From Candidatus Hadarchaeales archaeon (GTDB lineage Archaea > Hadarchaeota > Hadarchaeia > Hadarchaeales > Hadarchaeaceae): 28,748 nt of DNA. This document shows positions 1 through 9,447 of the stretch, in pieces. Position numbers and translations under genes: made by a program. Position 1 is the stretch's first letter. Each line of letters starts with the position of its first letter. The DNA is taken from positions 1-28,748 of the forward strand of contig JAWCLG010000012.1 in the NCBI GenBank assembly GCA_038851075.1, given 5' to 3'. A model generated the notes under the pieces. That model saw only the letters and a list, made by a program, of their open reading frames with translations, did not search any database and was not told where the DNA came from.

Positions 1-642
1 CTCCACTCCGCCTGCAGTGCGGTTTACCGCAGCTTCGATTGCCGCGCGATTAAAATTTGAATATCCGGGAAAGATGTGCCCGGGCGCAACATCCGTTTTA
101 AGCGCCACATCGGTATGTCTCGGGGCGTAGTGCGGTCCGCCAAAACCGACCGCATTCCTCAAAATTTTTCCATCCGCGGCCGCTTCAATTATGGCAAGCG
201 CAACCGCCTCTCCGGCCCTGCGATCCAACCAGTGCTCGGCAATGCTGCCTATTTCCACAAAAGTCACCGGGACCTCGAGATCACATGGGCCGTGATGCGT
301 GGCCTCCAGCGAAACCGTGTGCGGGAGCTCCAGCTCCTCCCTTGCACGTGCCAGAGCCCTGAGCGCTTTCCACACCGTGCACGGAGATGCAACCGCGAAG
401 ATGCCCTCTTCAGGATTCCCTGGAACGTGAACGGTCAGGGACCGCCTGCCGGACTCGGCCACATGCCTCGAGGCCACTATGACCTCATCCGCCTCCTCAG
501 GGAGCCCGGATAATTTTGTGACGTCTCCAGAAACTCTGGCGAGGCGTAAGTTGTGTTCCCCCCGTGAACGGATGAGGTCCTCGACATGCGACGCTATGTT
601 CATGGCTGCGGGATCATCTCTGGACGCTATGACAAGCTTCAT
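1..642 (-). CDS. dtdA: Archaeal D-aminoacyl-tRNA deacylase (DTD2), runs off window start
   Basis: Not in the ORF track; manual minus-strand translation MKLVIASRDDPAAMNIA...VASRH...LTVHVPGN...SLEATHHGP...FVEIGS...AVGFGGPHYAP gives the hallmark DTD2 motifs; frame open to base 1. Confidence 0.93.
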   Translation of the reverse strand, partial: MKLVIASRDDPAAMNIASHVEDLIRSRGEHNLRLARVSGDVTKLSGLPEEADEVIVASRHVAESGRRSLTVHVPGNPEEGIFAVASPCTVWKALRALARAREELELPHTVSLEATHHGPCDLEVPVTFVEIGSIAEHWLDRRAGEAVALAIIEAAADGKILRNAVGFGGPHYAPRHTDVALKTDVAPGHIFPGYSNFNRAAIEAAVNRTAGGVE

Positions 643-681
643 TTAATCCATCCAAAATGAGGCTCGATTATGTAAAAAAAA

Positions 682-773
682 TGGTGGGCCCGGAGGGATT
701 CGAACCCTCGACCTTCCGGTATCCGACATCGGGTTATCAGCCGAACGCGCTAACCATGCTGCGCCACGGGCCC
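682..773 (-). tRNA. tRNA-Ile(GAU) with 14-nt canonical 37/38 intron (721-734); CCA encoded
   Basis: Acceptor GGGCCCG/CGGGCCC+ACCA, D arm GCGC/GCGC, anticodon stem TTCGG/CCGGA, anticodon GAT at 738-736, T loop TTCGAAT; intron ACCCGATGTCGGAT whose TCGG pairs with C32-A35. Confidence 0.95.
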
Positions 774-860
774 CGAACGAGAATCTCGCTGATAGATTAA
801 AACTTTAGCGAGACCAAAAAGGTAAATTGAGCGCTCCAAAACTTTGGCTAGGGTGGGCAG

Positions 861-2615
861 ATGAGAATAGCTGTCATCAAAAAGGACGATTGCCAGCCGA
901 GGCGCTGCTCTTATGAGTGCCAGAGCTACTGTCCCGGAGTGAGAACCGGTGAAGAAACTGTGGTGGTGGATGAGAAGAGCGGCAAGCCAAGGATAAACGA
1001 AGACCTGTGCAGCGGATGTGGGATCTGCACGCACAAGTGCCCCCTGCATGCCATACACGTGGTCAACCTTCCGGGTGAGCTGGAGGGAAAATGCGTTCAC
1101 AGGTACATGCCGAACGGATTCGCGCTTTATGGCCTTCCGATACCGAGAAAAGGAAGCGTGATCGGGCTCGTTGGAAAGAACGGGACCGGAAAAACAACAT
1201 CCCTGCAGATACTGTCCAGAGCCCTCAGACCAAACCTTGGAAGACCTAACGGAGCTGAAAAGGACGACCTGAACGAGTTCTTCAGAGGATCCGAGCTTCT
1301 GGCTTACTTCAGGGACATCGAAAAATTGAGGCTGATATACAAGCCCCAGAACGTTGACGTCATCCCGAGGCTCACAGGCGGAAGCGTGGGTGAAATCCTG
1401 AGCAGGGTGGATGAAAGGGGCGAAGTCGAAAAGCTGATGAAAGACCTGGAGCTGGATGCCATTTCCGATCGTGATGTTGGAAACCTGAGCGGCGGAGAGC
1501 TCCAGAGGCTCGCAATAGCGGCGGCTGCGGCCAGAGAGGGAGACGTTTACTACTTTGACGAACCCAGCTCACACCTGGATGTCTATCAGAGGCTTAAGGC
1601 CGCACGGGTGATAAGGAAAATCGCGGAAACCGCATCGGTGATAGTTGTGGAACACGACCTCGCGGCCCTCGACTACGTCTGCGACCAGGTCCACGTGGTA
1701 TACGGACAGCCTGGAGTTTACGGGGTCATATCCTCTCCTCAGGGGGTCAGGTCCGGTATAAATTCATTTCTTGACGGTTACCTGAAAACAGAGAACATTA
1801 GGTTCAGAAAGGAACCCATAAAATTCGATGTCAGACCTTCTCTGAGGGCTGAGGGAGGCGGAAAGGAGCTGTTCAGTTACGGGGATCTGAGAAAATCATT
1901 TCCTGATTTTGAGCTGGAAGTCACGCCCGGAAAGCTTTACAGGGGAGAGGTCATTGGAGTGGTAGGGCCCAACGCAATCGGAAAAACAACTTTCATAAGG
2001 ATGATGGCCGGAGAGATAGAGCCCACCTCCGGAACCGTGAAATCGAACCTGAGCATATCGCACAAACCGCAGTACCTTGAAAGAGCGGACGCCGACGTGA
2101 GATCCTACATCCTCTCCGCAGTCGGTGAGTTCGATCAGATGTTCGAGCCCGAAATCGCTGGTCCCCTGGAGCTTTCCCGGCTAATGGACAGACGCGTGGA
2201 AGAACTCAGCGGCGGAGAACTCCAGCGGGTTGCCATAGCGTGCTGTCTCGGAAAACCGGCAGACATCTACCTGCTTGACGAGCCAAGCGCATATCTTGAT
2301 GCCGAAGAAAGGCTGCAGGTGGCCAGGGTAATAAGGAGGATCGTGGAAAAGAGGGAATCGTGCGGATTCGTGGTGGATCACGACATGCTGTGCATAGACA
2401 TAATATCTGACAGACTTCTCGTCTTCTCAGGCACGCCAGGAAAACACGGCAGGACGAACGGGCCTCTCGAAATGCGCAGCGGCATAAACATGTTCCTCAG
2501 CCACGTCGGAGTGACATTCCGCAGGGACCCGCAGACGGGCAGACCCCGCGCGAATAAGCCAGGCAGCGCGCTCGACCGGGAACAGAGGGAGAGGGGAGAG
2601 TACTTTTACCTTTAA
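861..2615 (+). CDS. rli: ABCE1/RLI ribosome recycling ATPase
   Basis: N-terminal 2x[4Fe-4S] Cys motifs (CQPRRCSYECQSYCP, CSGCGICTHKCP), two ABC domains (GKNGTGKTT, GPNAIGKTT, LSGGELQR x2), C-terminal TFRRD...GRPRANK. Confidence 0.97.
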   Translation: MRIAVIKKDDCQPRRCSYECQSYCPGVRTGEETVVVDEKSGKPRINEDLCSGCGICTHKCPLHAIHVVNLPGELEGKCVHRYMPNGFALYGLPIPRKGSVIGLVGKNGTGKTTSLQILSRALRPNLGRPNGAEKDDLNEFFRGSELLAYFRDIEKLRLIYKPQNVDVIPRLTGGSVGEILSRVDERGEVEKLMKDLELDAISDRDVGNLSGGELQRLAIAAAAAREGDVYYFDEPSSHLDVYQRLKAARVIRKIAETASVIVVEHDLAALDYVCDQVHVVYGQPGVYGVISSPQGVRSGINSFLDGYLKTENIRFRKEPIKFDVRPSLRAEGGGKELFSYGDLRKSFPDFELEVTPGKLYRGEVIGVVGPNAIGKTTFIRMMAGEIEPTSGTVKSNLSISHKPQYLERADADVRSYILSAVGEFDQMFEPEIAGPLELSRLMDRRVEELSGGELQRVAIACCLGKPADIYLLDEPSAYLDAEERLQVARVIRRIVEKRESCGFVVDHDMLCIDIISDRLLVFSGTPGKHGRTNGPLEMRSGINMFLSHVGVTFRRDPQTGRPRANKPGSALDREQRERGEYFYL

Positions 2616-2629
2616 CGAATAACTCTCTA

Positions 2630-2917
2630 ATGGGACCGGAAATGGGATTCACCGAGGACATGGAGTGGCTGAAGAGCGACGAAGAAGGACTGAAAAAAAT
2701 ATTTCTGATCGTCGCTGAAGGCAATGGAAGAACAACGCGGGAGATAAAGGAGATCTACGGATCGAAGGAGTGGTGGCCGGTAAAGGTTTATCTGGACGCT
2801 CTTCTGAAGAGAGGCCTCATATTTGAAAAGGAGGGACGCACTTACGCTCTGACGGATAACGGAAAAAAACTCGTTGAGGGGATAAAGGCCATAGGGCGCC
2901 TGCAGGAACTCATCTAA
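2630..2917 (+). CDS. Small winged-helix DNA-binding protein
   Basis: Pattern TTREIKE...YLDALLKRGLI...YALTDNGKK is typical of wHTH; start could be 2642. Confidence 0.7.
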   Translation: MGPEMGFTEDMEWLKSDEEGLKKIFLIVAEGNGRTTREIKEIYGSKEWWPVKVYLDALLKRGLIFEKEGRTYALTDNGKKLVEGIKAIGRLQELI

Positions 2918-3129
2918 ATCGAGAGTTCCCCAACGTTGCCCCCTTTTATCAGGACCACTGCGCGCCTGCCCTCCTTCCCGATCTCCTCCACGTTCTCCAT
3001 AAGAAGGTTCATGTACTCATCGTACTGCACGAGCTTTCCCCTGAACTTCCTGCCGTCCTTCACGGTCACTATCACCGTGGAGTTCAGGAACTTCTCCAGG
3101 CTTCCGGTATCAGGCTGTTCATCCGGCAT
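2914..3129 (-). CDS. Sm-like archaeal protein (SmAP2-type LSm)
   Basis: Sm1 motif VTVKDGRKFRGKLVQYDEYMNLLMENVEE and Sm2 motif IKGGNV. Confidence 0.9.
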   Translation of the reverse strand: MPDEQPDTGSLEKFLNSTVIVTVKDGRKFRGKLVQYDEYMNLLMENVEEIGKEGRRAVVLIKGGNVGELSI

Positions 3130-3174
3130 GCATAAGTAATTTTATCAGGGCATTCAAATAGCTTACCTGAGAGC

Positions 3175-3525
3175 GTGAGGAGGATAAAGATAACCTGCCG
3201 TGACTTTTCGGTCGGCGCGGTGATGCTTGACGTCAGACCGGTGACCGCGATGAGTATATGGGAGGCCTTGCCGCTCGAGGCCGATGCCGAGATATGGAAG
3301 GAGGAAGTGTACTTTGAGATACCGACCAAGATCGAACCCGAGAGTCCGACCCCCAGAACCTCAGCTGGGGATGTGTCCTACTGGCCGGAGGGACCGGGAT
3401 TTTGCATATTCTTCGGAAAATCTCAGCCCATAAGTCCGGTGAACACATTTGCGCGCATAGAGGGCGGGATTGAGAAGTTTAGGAGCGTAAAAAGCGGAGA
3501 CAGGATAAAGGTGGAAAGGTTCTAG
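3175..3525 (+). CDS. Cyclophilin-like fold protein (DUF369-type)
   Basis: Motifs IWEALP, W-x-EEVYF, GDVSYWPEGPGFCIFFG, SPVN. Confidence 0.82.
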   Translation: MRRIKITCRDFSVGAVMLDVRPVTAMSIWEALPLEADAEIWKEEVYFEIPTKIEPESPTPRTSAGDVSYWPEGPGFCIFFGKSQPISPVNTFARIEGGIEKFRSVKSGDRIKVERF

Positions 3526-4568
3526 ATCACACCGGTCATCCTGGCCAGATTCTCCGCAGCCCTTCTGCTGAGCCCGTTTTTGAGAACAGTGTACCTGTCC
3601 GGTCTTATTCTGTGGGCAACTGTCAGCGCTTTTATCACGTGCTTCGGGCTTATGCCCAGCTCCCTTGCCGTTGTGGGTGCGCCTATCGCGCGCAGCGCGT
3701 CCCTTATAGATTCCCAGTCCTCTCCTTGAAGGCAGGCAATCATGATCGCACCCACACCGCACTGTTCTCCGTGAAGGGCTGGCTTTGGAGCTATTATGTC
3801 GAGGGCGTGGCTGAACATGTGTTCCGACCCGCTGGCCGGCCTGCTGCTTCCTGCAATCGCCATTGCAACGCTGCTCGATATCAGTGATTTTACAACCTTT
3901 CTCACGCTCTCCTCGGTGTGTTTCCTTATCACTGCTGCGCTGTCCATCACCAGCTGCGCGCTTACCACGGAAAGGGTCGCGGCATACTCGCTGTATGGCT
4001 CCCCCTTCAGGCGATGTGCCATCTCCCAATCCTTGACCGCGGTGAGGTTTGAAATCAGATCGCCGCAACCGGCAGCGAGAAGTCTGTGGGGCGCCCGCTT
4101 TATTATCAGCGTATCCGCGACAATGGCTATCGGGGGATGGGTTTCGAGTGAGGTTGGCTTCTCGGTTCCGTGAATCGAGGCTCTTGATGAGGCAATTCCG
4201 TCGTGCGAAGCCGCTGTCGGGACCGAAATGAAGGGCTTGTTCTCTAGAAAAGACGCGAGCTTGGCAACGTCTATTGACCTCCCTCCCCCAACGCCTACCA
4301 TGAAATCTATCATGCCGCCCCAGGTTCTCCTTATTCTCTCCACGGTCTTCGTATCGGCCTCTTTTATCACCTCATGGAAAACGCTGAAACCGCTTCGTGA
4401 GAGCATTAACCCGGCCCTTCTTCCGGCAATTCTGTATGTCGTCGGGTCTGAGATTATCAGGGCGCGCTTCCCAGGGCATAGCCGCCCGCACACATCCGCA
4501 ATGTCTTCGAACACGCCTGGACCCATCCAGACCTCGCGCGGAAGCTGAATCCGCTTTGGTTCCTTCAA
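3522..4568 (-). CDS. egsA: NAD(P)-dependent sn-glycerol-1-phosphate dehydrogenase
   Basis: GVGGGRSIDVAK, PTAASHDGIAS, SSRPASGSEHMFSHALD, LHGEQCG, IRPDRYT motifs. Confidence 0.96.
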   Translation of the reverse strand: MKEPKRIQLPREVWMGPGVFEDIADVCGRLCPGKRALIISDPTTYRIAGRRAGLMLSRSGFSVFHEVIKEADTKTVERIRRTWGGMIDFMVGVGGGRSIDVAKLASFLENKPFISVPTAASHDGIASSRASIHGTEKPTSLETHPPIAIVADTLIIKRAPHRLLAAGCGDLISNLTAVKDWEMAHRLKGEPYSEYAATLSVVSAQLVMDSAAVIRKHTEESVRKVVKSLISSSVAMAIAGSSRPASGSEHMFSHALDIIAPKPALHGEQCGVGAIMIACLQGEDWESIRDALRAIGAPTTARELGISPKHVIKALTVAHRIRPDRYTVLKNGLSRRAAENLARMTGVI

Positions 4569-4667
4569 AACTACACCAGACCAGAATTACCCGGTAAACT
4601 TTAAATATGAATAGCCCCTGCTCATTTATGGTTGCTTTTCATGCAACGCTTTTGAGGGTGTACTGAG

Positions 4668-5291
4668 TTGAAAGAGGAAAAGATGGAATACCTGAAGGGT
4701 ACCACAACCGTAGGGATGGTGTGCGAGGACGGAGTGGTGATGGCGACCGACACCAGAGCCACCATGGGTTACGAGGTCGCCAGCAAGACAGCAAGAAAAA
4801 TATACAGGATAACTGACCGCATAGCGTTCACCGTCGCCGGAGGGGTTGCAGACACGCAGCACCTTGTGGACGTGATGAGGGCGGAGGCAGGATACTACGA
4901 GATGAAAGAGGGAGTTCCGATGGGCGCAGGGGCGTGCGCAAGGCAGGTTGCAATGCTGATGAACGCCAGCAGGTTCTACCCTTATCTGGCAAACCTGCTT
5001 GTCGGAGGAATGGACAACGGAAAACCGGCGCTTTTCTTTCTAGATATGGACGGAGGCATGACTGAGGAAAAGATGGTGGCGACCGGATCCGGGTCACCTG
5101 TGGCGTACGGATTCCTAGAAAACAGCTTCCGTGAGGGCATGAAGACAAAGGAAGCCCTGCCGATAGCGATAAAGGCGATAAGGACCGCGATGAAAAGAGA
5201 CATAGCAACCGGTAACGAGGTAATGGCCGCCGTTATAACCGGTGATGGTTACAGAGAACTCACACCCGATGAGATAAAGAGCCTCGCATAA
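4668..5291 (+). CDS. psmB: Proteasome beta subunit
   Basis: Short propeptide then KG/TTTVG autocleavage site; DTRAT, AGGVAD, TGSGS, KRDIATG motifs. Confidence 0.96.
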   Translation: MKEEKMEYLKGTTTVGMVCEDGVVMATDTRATMGYEVASKTARKIYRITDRIAFTVAGGVADTQHLVDVMRAEAGYYEMKEGVPMGAGACARQVAMLMNASRFYPYLANLLVGGMDNGKPALFFLDMDGGMTEEKMVATGSGSPVAYGFLENSFREGMKTKEALPIAIKAIRTAMKRDIATGNEVMAAVITGDGYRELTPDEIKSLA

Positions 5292-5304
5292 ACAAGCTGA
5301 TTCC

Positions 5305-7212
5305 ATGGCCGCTGAAGAACTGCTGAAGGAGATAAAGAGGATAGTCAAGGAAGAGACGCCATTCTCGGACTCGGTGGTAGATATAGACTTCGAGGGTCCG
5401 AAGGTGGTGCTATACTGCGAGAACCTGGACCTTCTCATGGAGAACGGAGACGCGATAAAGGAGCTGGCAAGGAAGATCAGGAAGAGGGTTATACTCAGGC
5501 CGGACCCGTCAATACTCACCGACCAGAAATACGCCGAGGAGAAGATCAGAGAGATGGTGCCCGCCGAGGCCGGAATAACCGACATAATTTTCAACGGTGA
5601 TGTTGGGGAGGTCGTGATCGAGGCGGAAAAACCCGGAGTGGTCATAGGCAAGGGCGGGTCGTTGCTCAGGGAGATAAACTACCGGATAAAATGGACTCCG
5701 CGCGTTATACGCTCGCCGCCCGTTAAATCCGATCTCGTGCGCAAGATACGCCTCTCCATGCTGCAGAGCGCCTCTGACCGGAGGGATCTGCTCAGGAGAA
5801 TAGGCAGAAGGATACACAGGGAAGCCAAGGCCCGCGGAGACTGGGTGAGGCTCACAGCCATGGGCGGGGCGCGTGAGGTCGGGCGTTCCTGTTTCCTCCT
5901 CCAGACTCCGGAGAGCAGGATAATGATAGACTGCGGGATAAACGTGGCATCCGAGGACAGGGCTTATCCGCACCTAGAGATACCGGAGGTCAGAATATCA
6001 GAGCTCGACGCGCTGGTCATCTCCCACGCACACCTGGACCACTCCGGTTTCGCGCCCTACCTCTTCAAGTACGGATTTGACGGTCCGGTTTACTGCACCG
6101 CTCCCACGAGGGATCTGTCCGTCCTCCTGCAGCTCGACTACGTTGAAATTGCGGAGAGGGAGGACAAACCGCTGCCATATGACAAGAAGGACATCATAAA
6201 TTTCCTGTCGCACTGCATACCACTCGAATACGGGGACGTGACAGACATCGCTCCTGACGTGAGAATAACAATGCACAACGCCGGACACATACTCGGGTCA
6301 TCAATAGTGCACTTCCACATAGGGGAGGGGCTGCACAACATCGTGTACACCGGTGACCTGAAGTTCGACAGGTCAAGGCTGCTGTCACCAGCCATCTGCA
6401 CATTTCCGAGGGTTGAAACTCTGGTGATTGAGAGCACCTACGGAGGGGCCGAGGACATACAGCCGCCGCGCGATGACGCGGAGAGAGAGCTGATCAACAT
6501 AATAAATGACACCGTGAGGAGGGGAGGAAAGGTCATGATACCGGCATTCGCGGTGGGGAGGGCTCAGGAGGTGATGGTGCTCCTGGAAGACTCGAGAAAA
6601 AACGGAACAGTTGAGAACGTTCCCGTTTATCTCGACGGCATGATATGGGAGGCCACGGCGATACACACGGCATACCCGGAGTACCTGTCGCAGGACCTGA
6701 GGGAGCGCATATTCAGGGCGGACGAGAACCCGTTCCTCTCGGAGAACCTGGTGAAGGTGACCGGCCCGGACCAGAGGAGTAAGATCATAGATGGCGAGCC
6801 CTGCGTGATAATATCAACGGCCGGAATGATGGCCGGAGGACCCATACTAGAGTATTTCAAGCACCTCGCGCCTGACCCCAAAAACTCGCTGGTATTTGTC
6901 GGATACCAGGCGGAGGGATCTCTGGGCAGAAGGATTCAGGGAGGGTGGAAGGAGATACCGCTCAGGGGGAATGGGGGAAAAGTTGAGGAGGTGAAGGTAA
7001 ACCTTGATGTTAAAACTGTGGAAGGGTTCAGCGGCCACACGGACAGGGCGCGTCTGCTGAACTACGTCAGGAGAATGTCATCAAAGCCGCAGAAAATAAT
7101 AACCATACACGGAGACGAGAGCAAGTGCCTTGACCTGGCAAGCACGCTGCACAGACTTTACAGAACAGAAACCAGAGCGCTGACAAATCTGGAAACAGTG
7201 CGGCTCCGCTAG
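5305..7212 (+). CDS. fttA: KH-domain beta-CASP ribonuclease aCPSF1 / transcription termination factor FttA
   Basis: 635 aa; KH GxxG (PGVVIGKGG), EVGRSC, SHAHLDHSG, NAGHILGS, GFSGHTD, NLETVRL C-terminus; follows psmB. Confidence 0.96.
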   Translation: MAAEELLKEIKRIVKEETPFSDSVVDIDFEGPKVVLYCENLDLLMENGDAIKELARKIRKRVILRPDPSILTDQKYAEEKIREMVPAEAGITDIIFNGDVGEVVIEAEKPGVVIGKGGSLLREINYRIKWTPRVIRSPPVKSDLVRKIRLSMLQSASDRRDLLRRIGRRIHREAKARGDWVRLTAMGGAREVGRSCFLLQTPESRIMIDCGINVASEDRAYPHLEIPEVRISELDALVISHAHLDHSGFAPYLFKYGFDGPVYCTAPTRDLSVLLQLDYVEIAEREDKPLPYDKKDIINFLSHCIPLEYGDVTDIAPDVRITMHNAGHILGSSIVHFHIGEGLHNIVYTGDLKFDRSRLLSPAICTFPRVETLVIESTYGGAEDIQPPRDDAERELINIINDTVRRGGKVMIPAFAVGRAQEVMVLLEDSRKNGTVENVPVYLDGMIWEATAIHTAYPEYLSQDLRERIFRADENPFLSENLVKVTGPDQRSKIIDGEPCVIISTAGMMAGGPILEYFKHLAPDPKNSLVFVGYQAEGSLGRRIQGGWKEIPLRGNGGKVEEVKVNLDVKTVEGFSGHTDRARLLNYVRRMSSKPQKIITIHGDESKCLDLASTLHRLYRTETRALTNLETVRLR

Positions 7213-7760
7213 ATATCGTCGAGATCACTGCCCTGGAGGGGTTTCACCGTCGCCCTCCCGTCAACTATGGCGCTATTTCCTTTTGGGTCCAGTATTATCA
7301 ACTTGGCTCTCTCCTCTCCCCGCTTTATTCTCTCTATCCTGTCCATGTTTTCCCTTCCCCTTCTGCGACCCTCCTGACCGGCACTCTGCGTAGCTATCCT
7401 CATCGCTTCCATGACTCTGTCAAGCACACCCTCAACGTTCGAGACGTATCCCTGGGAGGCGGGCCCGGGCTTCACCACGACCTCGAGCTCAGGAATCTTT
7501 ATCACTCCGGTGCTGGACTTGACCACCCTGACCTTCATATCGTCCTCTGATGTTATCTCGAACTCATAGACCCGGGGTTCCCTGCTCTCGGTCTGCATGA
7601 CGTCGGACTGCCTGAAGCCGCACCTCGTGCATAAAGCCAGCGTTTCCATGATTTCTCCGAAGTACGGTATATCGTCTATCCTTCCTCTGACGCTGAATGT
7701 TCCCTCTGAGCCGCAGAGAGGACATTTCTCCACCGGGAGCGCGAACTCCCGCTTTCTCAT
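7209..7760 (-). CDS. ZPR1-type zinc finger protein
   Basis: CPLC...IPYFGE...CTRCGFR, RVVKS, SNVEGVL, DPKGNS. Confidence 0.93.
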   Translation of the reverse strand: MRKREFALPVEKCPLCGSEGTFSVRGRIDDIPYFGEIMETLALCTRCGFRQSDVMQTESREPRVYEFEITSEDDMKVRVVKSSTGVIKIPELEVVVKPGPASQGYVSNVEGVLDRVMEAMRIATQSAGQEGRRRGRENMDRIERIKRGEERAKLIILDPKGNSAIVDGRATVKPLQGSDLDDI

Positions 7761-7773
7761 CGGTTCACCAAAA

Positions 7774-8154
7774 TCAGGAGGCCTTTTTGAACTCTATGCT
7801 GACGAACTTTGGAGTCGCAATGACCTTGGAGTCCGTCAGGCGGCCGACGTTCCCTCCGATCGCGTGGCATATTCCCTTTATCTGATCTATGGCCCTCTTA
7901 AGCTCCTCCGGGTTCTGGCTCATCAACGCGCTTATCTCGATTACCATAATATTTCCGTTCTTCAGTTCCTCCGCTATCTCCTGCACATCGAGCAGACTGC
8001 GCATCTCTATGCTCTTTATGTATATCGGCTCTATCTCAGCGTTTGGCTTTGAGGTCTTTGAATCGATTTCCACGACCGGAACCTCCGTGGCACCTACCGA
8101 TGGAGAGTCACCGCCAAAAATTCTTCTTATTGCCCTCAACCTCTCACCTATCAC
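7774..8154 (-). CDS. sepF: Cell division protein SepF (archaeal)
   Basis: N-terminal amphipathic helix (LRAIRRIFG); core ELKNGNIMVIEI...LKRAIDQIKGI...GGNVGRL...VIATP. Confidence 0.88.
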   Translation of the reverse strand: MIGERLRAIRRIFGGDSPSVGATEVPVVEIDSKTSKPNAEIEPIYIKSIEMRSLLDVQEIAEELKNGNIMVIEISALMSQNPEELKRAIDQIKGICHAIGGNVGRLTDSKVIATPKFVSIEFKKAS

Positions 8155-8209
8155 TTTAAGTCTCTCATTGCTATTTAACTTTACTGTGCATGACCGAAGT
8201 GCCTCCTAC

Positions 8210-8683
8210 TCACTCCAACAGTTTCCATATGCGGTCACCAACGTGATGTATGGTCCTGATAACCTTGCCTTTCGGCGCAACCATTTCCCCGGAATCCACC
8301 AGAGCAATCCCGACGGCGATCGGTTTTCCGTGTCTCTCGTCCACGACCGCCACGCAGACGCCGGCTACTATCCCGGGATCCGCCCTTCTAACGCCCGGAG
8401 CCATGACATCCGCACCTGCCGCAACGTGCGGTACTGCCCCCATGTCCACCGTCACCCTCGGAAGTACGGCTCCTTCCAAAAGCGCATGAACTGTCGGACA
8501 GAATCTGCCCTCATGTTCGAACAGCAACGGCTTTTTTCCTGCCACGATTATTATTTCACCGCTGTCCAGCTCCATCATCTCTGCATTCTCAAGACTTTCC
8601 GGCCTTATGCCAAAACCTGAAGAAAGGAGCACAACCTCCTTCATCTCCCTTTTCCTCGGCCTGTACCTCCTGATAACTGGCAG
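8210..8683 (-). CDS. DUF1947/PUA domain RNA-binding protein (MCT-1-like)
   Basis: VTVDMGAVPHVAAGADVMAPGV, IHHVGD motifs; ORF track starts at 8644, but a CTG at 8683 behind SD GGAGGTG restores a basic N-terminus. Confidence 0.88.
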   Translation of the reverse strand: MPVIRRYRPRKREMKEVVLLSSGFGIRPESLENAEMMELDSGEIIIVAGKKPLLFEHEGRFCPTVHALLEGAVLPRVTVDMGAVPHVAAGADVMAPGVRRADPGIVAGVCVAVVDERHGKPIAVGIALVDSGEMVAPKGKVIRTIHHVGDRIWKLLE

Positions 8684-8785
8684 TTTCGCACCTCCTGACT
8701 TAACTTTTAAGAATATCTCTGGATATATGCCACCCGGTCTCCCAGAAAGGTTAAAATATCGGTCTGATGATGATGTGATGATTCG

Positions 8786-9010
8786 ATGACGCAGAGACCG
8801 CTAGACGTGCTGAACAGGGCGCTCGGGTCCTCGGTGCTGGTCGGACTCAAAGGAGGAAGGGAGCTGAGGGGAAAGCTCTCCGGATTCGACGTACACGTTA
8901 ATCTGGTTCTCGAGGAAGCCGAGGAGATACAGGGCGGAGAGGCCGTCAAGAGATATGGGGTCATGGTTATCAGGGGAGACAGCGTCGTTTACATTTCTCC
9001 AGCGGGCTGA
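8786..9010 (+). CDS. Sm-like archaeal protein SmAP1
   Basis: RPLDVL...[22 protein letters not shown]...[11 protein letters not shown]; conserved adjacency to eL37. Confidence 0.95.
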   Translation: MTQRPLDVLNRALGSSVLVGLKGGRELRGKLSGFDVHVNLVLEEAEEIQGGEAVKRYGVMVIRGDSVVYISPAG

Positions 9011-9015
9011 GGCGG

Positions 9016-9201
9016 ATGGTCAAGGGAACTCCTTCAATGGGGAAGCGTCACAAGGTACAGCACATACGTTGCCGGAGATGCGGAAGACGCGCTTACCACG
9101 CCCAGAAGGGAGTGTGCGCGGCATGCGGCTACGGAAAATCCAGGAAGATAAAACGCTACAGCTGGAAGAACAAAAAGGTCCAGGGACTGCGGCTGAAGTA
9201 A
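9016..9201 (+). CDS. rpl37e: 50S ribosomal protein eL37
   Basis: KGTPSMGKR...[13 protein letters not shown]...CAACGYG...RYSW. Confidence 0.97.
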   Translation: MVKGTPSMGKRHKVQHIRCRRCGRRAYHAQKGVCAACGYGKSRKIKRYSWKNKKVQGLRLK

Positions 9202-9254
9202 CATCGTTTACCTCCAAAACCATCAAAAGATAAAAGGAACTACACTCTTCTGGT

Positions 9255-9329
9255 GGGCCGGTAGATCAGCCCGGTATGATCGTCCGCTTGGCATGCGGGA
9301 GGTCGCGGGTTCAAATCCCGCCCGGTCCA
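9255..9329 (+). tRNA. tRNA-Ala(GGC), no intron, CCA not encoded
   Basis: Acceptor GGGCCGG/CCGGTCC with G3:U70, anticodon stem TCCGC/GCGGG, GGC at 9290-9292, T loop TTCAAAT. Confidence 0.96.
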
Positions 9330-9337
9330 CCTAACTT

Positions 9338-9351
9338 AAAAACGATTTATA
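9338..9351 (+). promoter_or_regulatory. Probable BRE/TATA promoter of tRNA-Val
   Basis: Purine-rich AAAAACGA then TTTATA (9346-9351), about 22 nt before the tRNA 5' end. Confidence 0.55.
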
Positions 9352-9372
9352 CCGGACTGCCTAGATTCATTG

Positions 9373-9447
9373 GGGCCCGTGGTCTAGTGGTATGACGTCA
9401 CCCTGACACGGTGAAGTTCCGGGGTTCGAATCCCCGCGGGCCCACCA
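9373..9447 (+). tRNA. tRNA-Val(GAC), CCA encoded
   Basis: Acceptor GGGCCCG/CGGGCCC+ACCA, anticodon arm TCACC-CTGACAC-GGTGA, T arm CGGGG-TTCGAAT-CCCCG. Confidence 0.96.

Noticed and set aside
76-513. 145-aa plus-strand ORF
   Set aside because: Antisense shadow of the DTD2 gene, which has clear motifs on the minus strand
8764-8790. TGATGA repeats resembling a C/D box or K-turn before SmAP1
   Set aside because: No downstream CTGA partner in proper order; similar GTGATG runs serve as SD elsewhere (about 25060)
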